Shown: in pieces, positions 62,624-64,000 of the stretch
How the letters are laid out: each line of letters begins with the position of its first letter
Position numbering within the stretch: position 1 is the first letter of the stretch
Program-made: the position numbers and the translations under genes
From: a virus
Taxonomy: Duplodnaviria > Caudoviricetes
Strand: one strand, 5' to 3'
Virus record (IMG/VR): IMGVR_UViG_3300021255_003058
Span: 52,382-116,381 of that record
DNA length: 64,000 nt
The notes under the pieces: generated by a model
What the model was told of the DNA's origin: nothing
Database searches by the model: none
The model's input: only the letters and a program-made list of their open reading frames with translations

Positions 62624-63782
62624 TAATCTTTAAAGTACTAGATATACTATATTTGACTTTATTTGGTGATATTCCTTCATTTTCTGCTATTTCATTTATT
62701 GACATTGGGAATGGTACATCAATACCAAATTTCTTTTTTATTATTCTTCTATCTAACATTGATAACTTACTTAGTATTCTTTCCAAAATATTCTTAAACA
62801 TATTTTGTTTTTCCATTGCCTCCATTGATTCATCAATAATAGCAAAATCATCATTTGCAACATCAGATATCTGGTTATCATGATAACAGTCATCTGTATG
62901 TGGATTGATACTATCTAATCGTATAATATTAACTGCTGAGCTTTCTTTTTGTGCAGATTTTGGAACTCTAATTACTTTTCCAAGCTTATTGATTTCTGAA
63001 ATTATAGTCGCACGAATCCATGCAAATGCAATAGATGAAAATGATGCCTTTTTGATGTTTTCATTAGTCCATTCAATAAATTCTTTTTTACTATTAAATC
63101 CATTTTGTGGTAGTTTTTTTAATGTTGCATCTAATGTTTTTGTATACTGGAAATTTCTTTTAATTAATTCTTCAGCATCTTGTAATGTAAAACATACTTT
63201 ATCTGATTTATTAATGTCATCTAATATTGCAAATCTTAAGTTAGCTCTATCTGTATCAAATTTATTAAATGTAATTAATAATCCTTCATTTCCTGCTTGA
63301 ATCAAATCATCTAATGGTAAGCCAAGATTCTGATAACGTTTTGCACAGTCAATTACAAGTTTTAAATTGTTTTTAATAAATACATCTCTATTTTCGGGAA
63401 TAAACGCCATGTCTTCAGATTCTCCCATAGGATGAAGTATATATTCACGTTTTACTTCATTAAAATATATATCTATATTATTATCAAATGTTGATTTAGA
63501 TACATATTTATCAACTAATTTATTTCTTGCTTTAGACTTAAGATCATCATAAAAATTTTCATATATTTCATAATCATATTTATTTAATAATTCTTTACAC
63601 GAACTTATATAAAAATCTATAATAGATGTCTCTGCACAATCTTTAATCATTTTGACATCTTTATAAACAATGTCATTAAAGTTTTCAAAAAAATCTTGAT
63701 CTTCAATTTTATCTTCAACTGAATCTAAAAAATTATTAATTTTATTTAAAGAAGTTTTTGTTAAATTAAATTGTCTACTCAC
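62568..63782 (-). CDS. Sigma-70 family RNA polymerase sigma factor
   Basis: Region 2 NLKLVI..AKRY..GLPLDDLIQAGNEGL..FD, FSS.A.AWIR, IRVP; region 4 L...DRRII...FG...SINEIAE..GIS. Confidence 0.9.
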   Translation of the reverse strand: MSRQFNLTKTSLNKINNFLDSVEDKIEDQDFFENFNDIVYKDVKMIKDCAETSIIDFYISSCKELLNKYDYEIYENFYDDLKSKARNKLVDKYVSKSTFDNNIDIYFNEVKREYILHPMGESEDMAFIPENRDVFIKNNLKLVIDCAKRYQNLGLPLDDLIQAGNEGLLITFNKFDTDRANLRFAILDDINKSDKVCFTLQDAEELIKRNFQYTKTLDATLKKLPQNGFNSKKEFIEWTNENIKKASFSSIAFAWIRATIISEINKLGKVIRVPKSAQKESSAVNIIRLDSINPHTDDCYHDNQISDVANDDFAIIDESMEAMEKQNMFKNILERILSKLSMLDRRIIKKKFGIDVPFPMSINEIAENEGISPNKVKYSISSTLKIIEKNISESDKQNIIELLK

Positions 63783-63893
63783 TTATCCCATTAAAAACAT
63801 ATATTTGTTATTTAGGGATATAAAAAATTCTATATTATAAGAATAATATAGAACAATAGTTAATAAAAAATTCAATAAAATTTAATAAAATTT

Positions 63894-64000
63894 AATAAAA
63901 AATATTATATGTATTATATTTTTATGAAATTCTTGAATAAAAAATATTATATGTATTATATTTTTATGAAATTCTTGAATAAAAAATATTATATGTATTA
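63894..64000. repeat. Tandem repeat, 42-bp unit, at least 2.5 copies, runs off window
   Basis: AATAAAAAATATTATATGTATTATATTTTTATGAAATTCTTG; GTATT recurs at 63911, 63953, 63995. Confidence 0.9.

Noticed and set aside
1-64000. Genome-wide TAG recoding as in Lak phages
   Set aside because: Long genes, including structural ones, are intact in code 11; TAG ends genes at terminators (12251, 24524); only one suspicious internal TAG

Overview
Very AT-rich (about 25-30% GC by eye), gene-dense segment of a large/jumbo T4-like myovirus. The host is most likely Bacteroidota (Prevotella-like), inferred from LruC/DUF4842-, DUF4494- and Fib_succ_major-like genes. Long genes read cleanly in the standard code. 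Core genes: NAD-dependent DNA ligase, ThyX, a T4 gp42-like thymidylate-synthase-fold enzyme, RecA, ClpX, both type II topoisomerase subunits, a sigma-70-family factor and a gp26/gp51-like pair, among many small hypothetical genes. Highlights: (1) a complete but rearranged diversity-generating retroelement at 49951-53927, with TR downstream of its target, RT divergent from avd, 22 adenine-only substitutions plus a one-codon insertion in VR, and a frameshifted avd; (2) clpX broken into two ORFs by an atypically split intein (37-aa IntN, 121-aa IntC) at the Walker A motif; (3) a family of C-type-lectin-fold proteins with a shared N-terminal module and VR-like tails that do not match the local TR; (4) a repeated promoter (TTGAAW-N15-CTATATT) found with or without an inserted ATGTAT-hairpin/minigene cassette; (5) a candidate +1 frameshift joining the gp26- and gp51-like ORFs. 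Family assignments are from motif recognition only; no searches were run.
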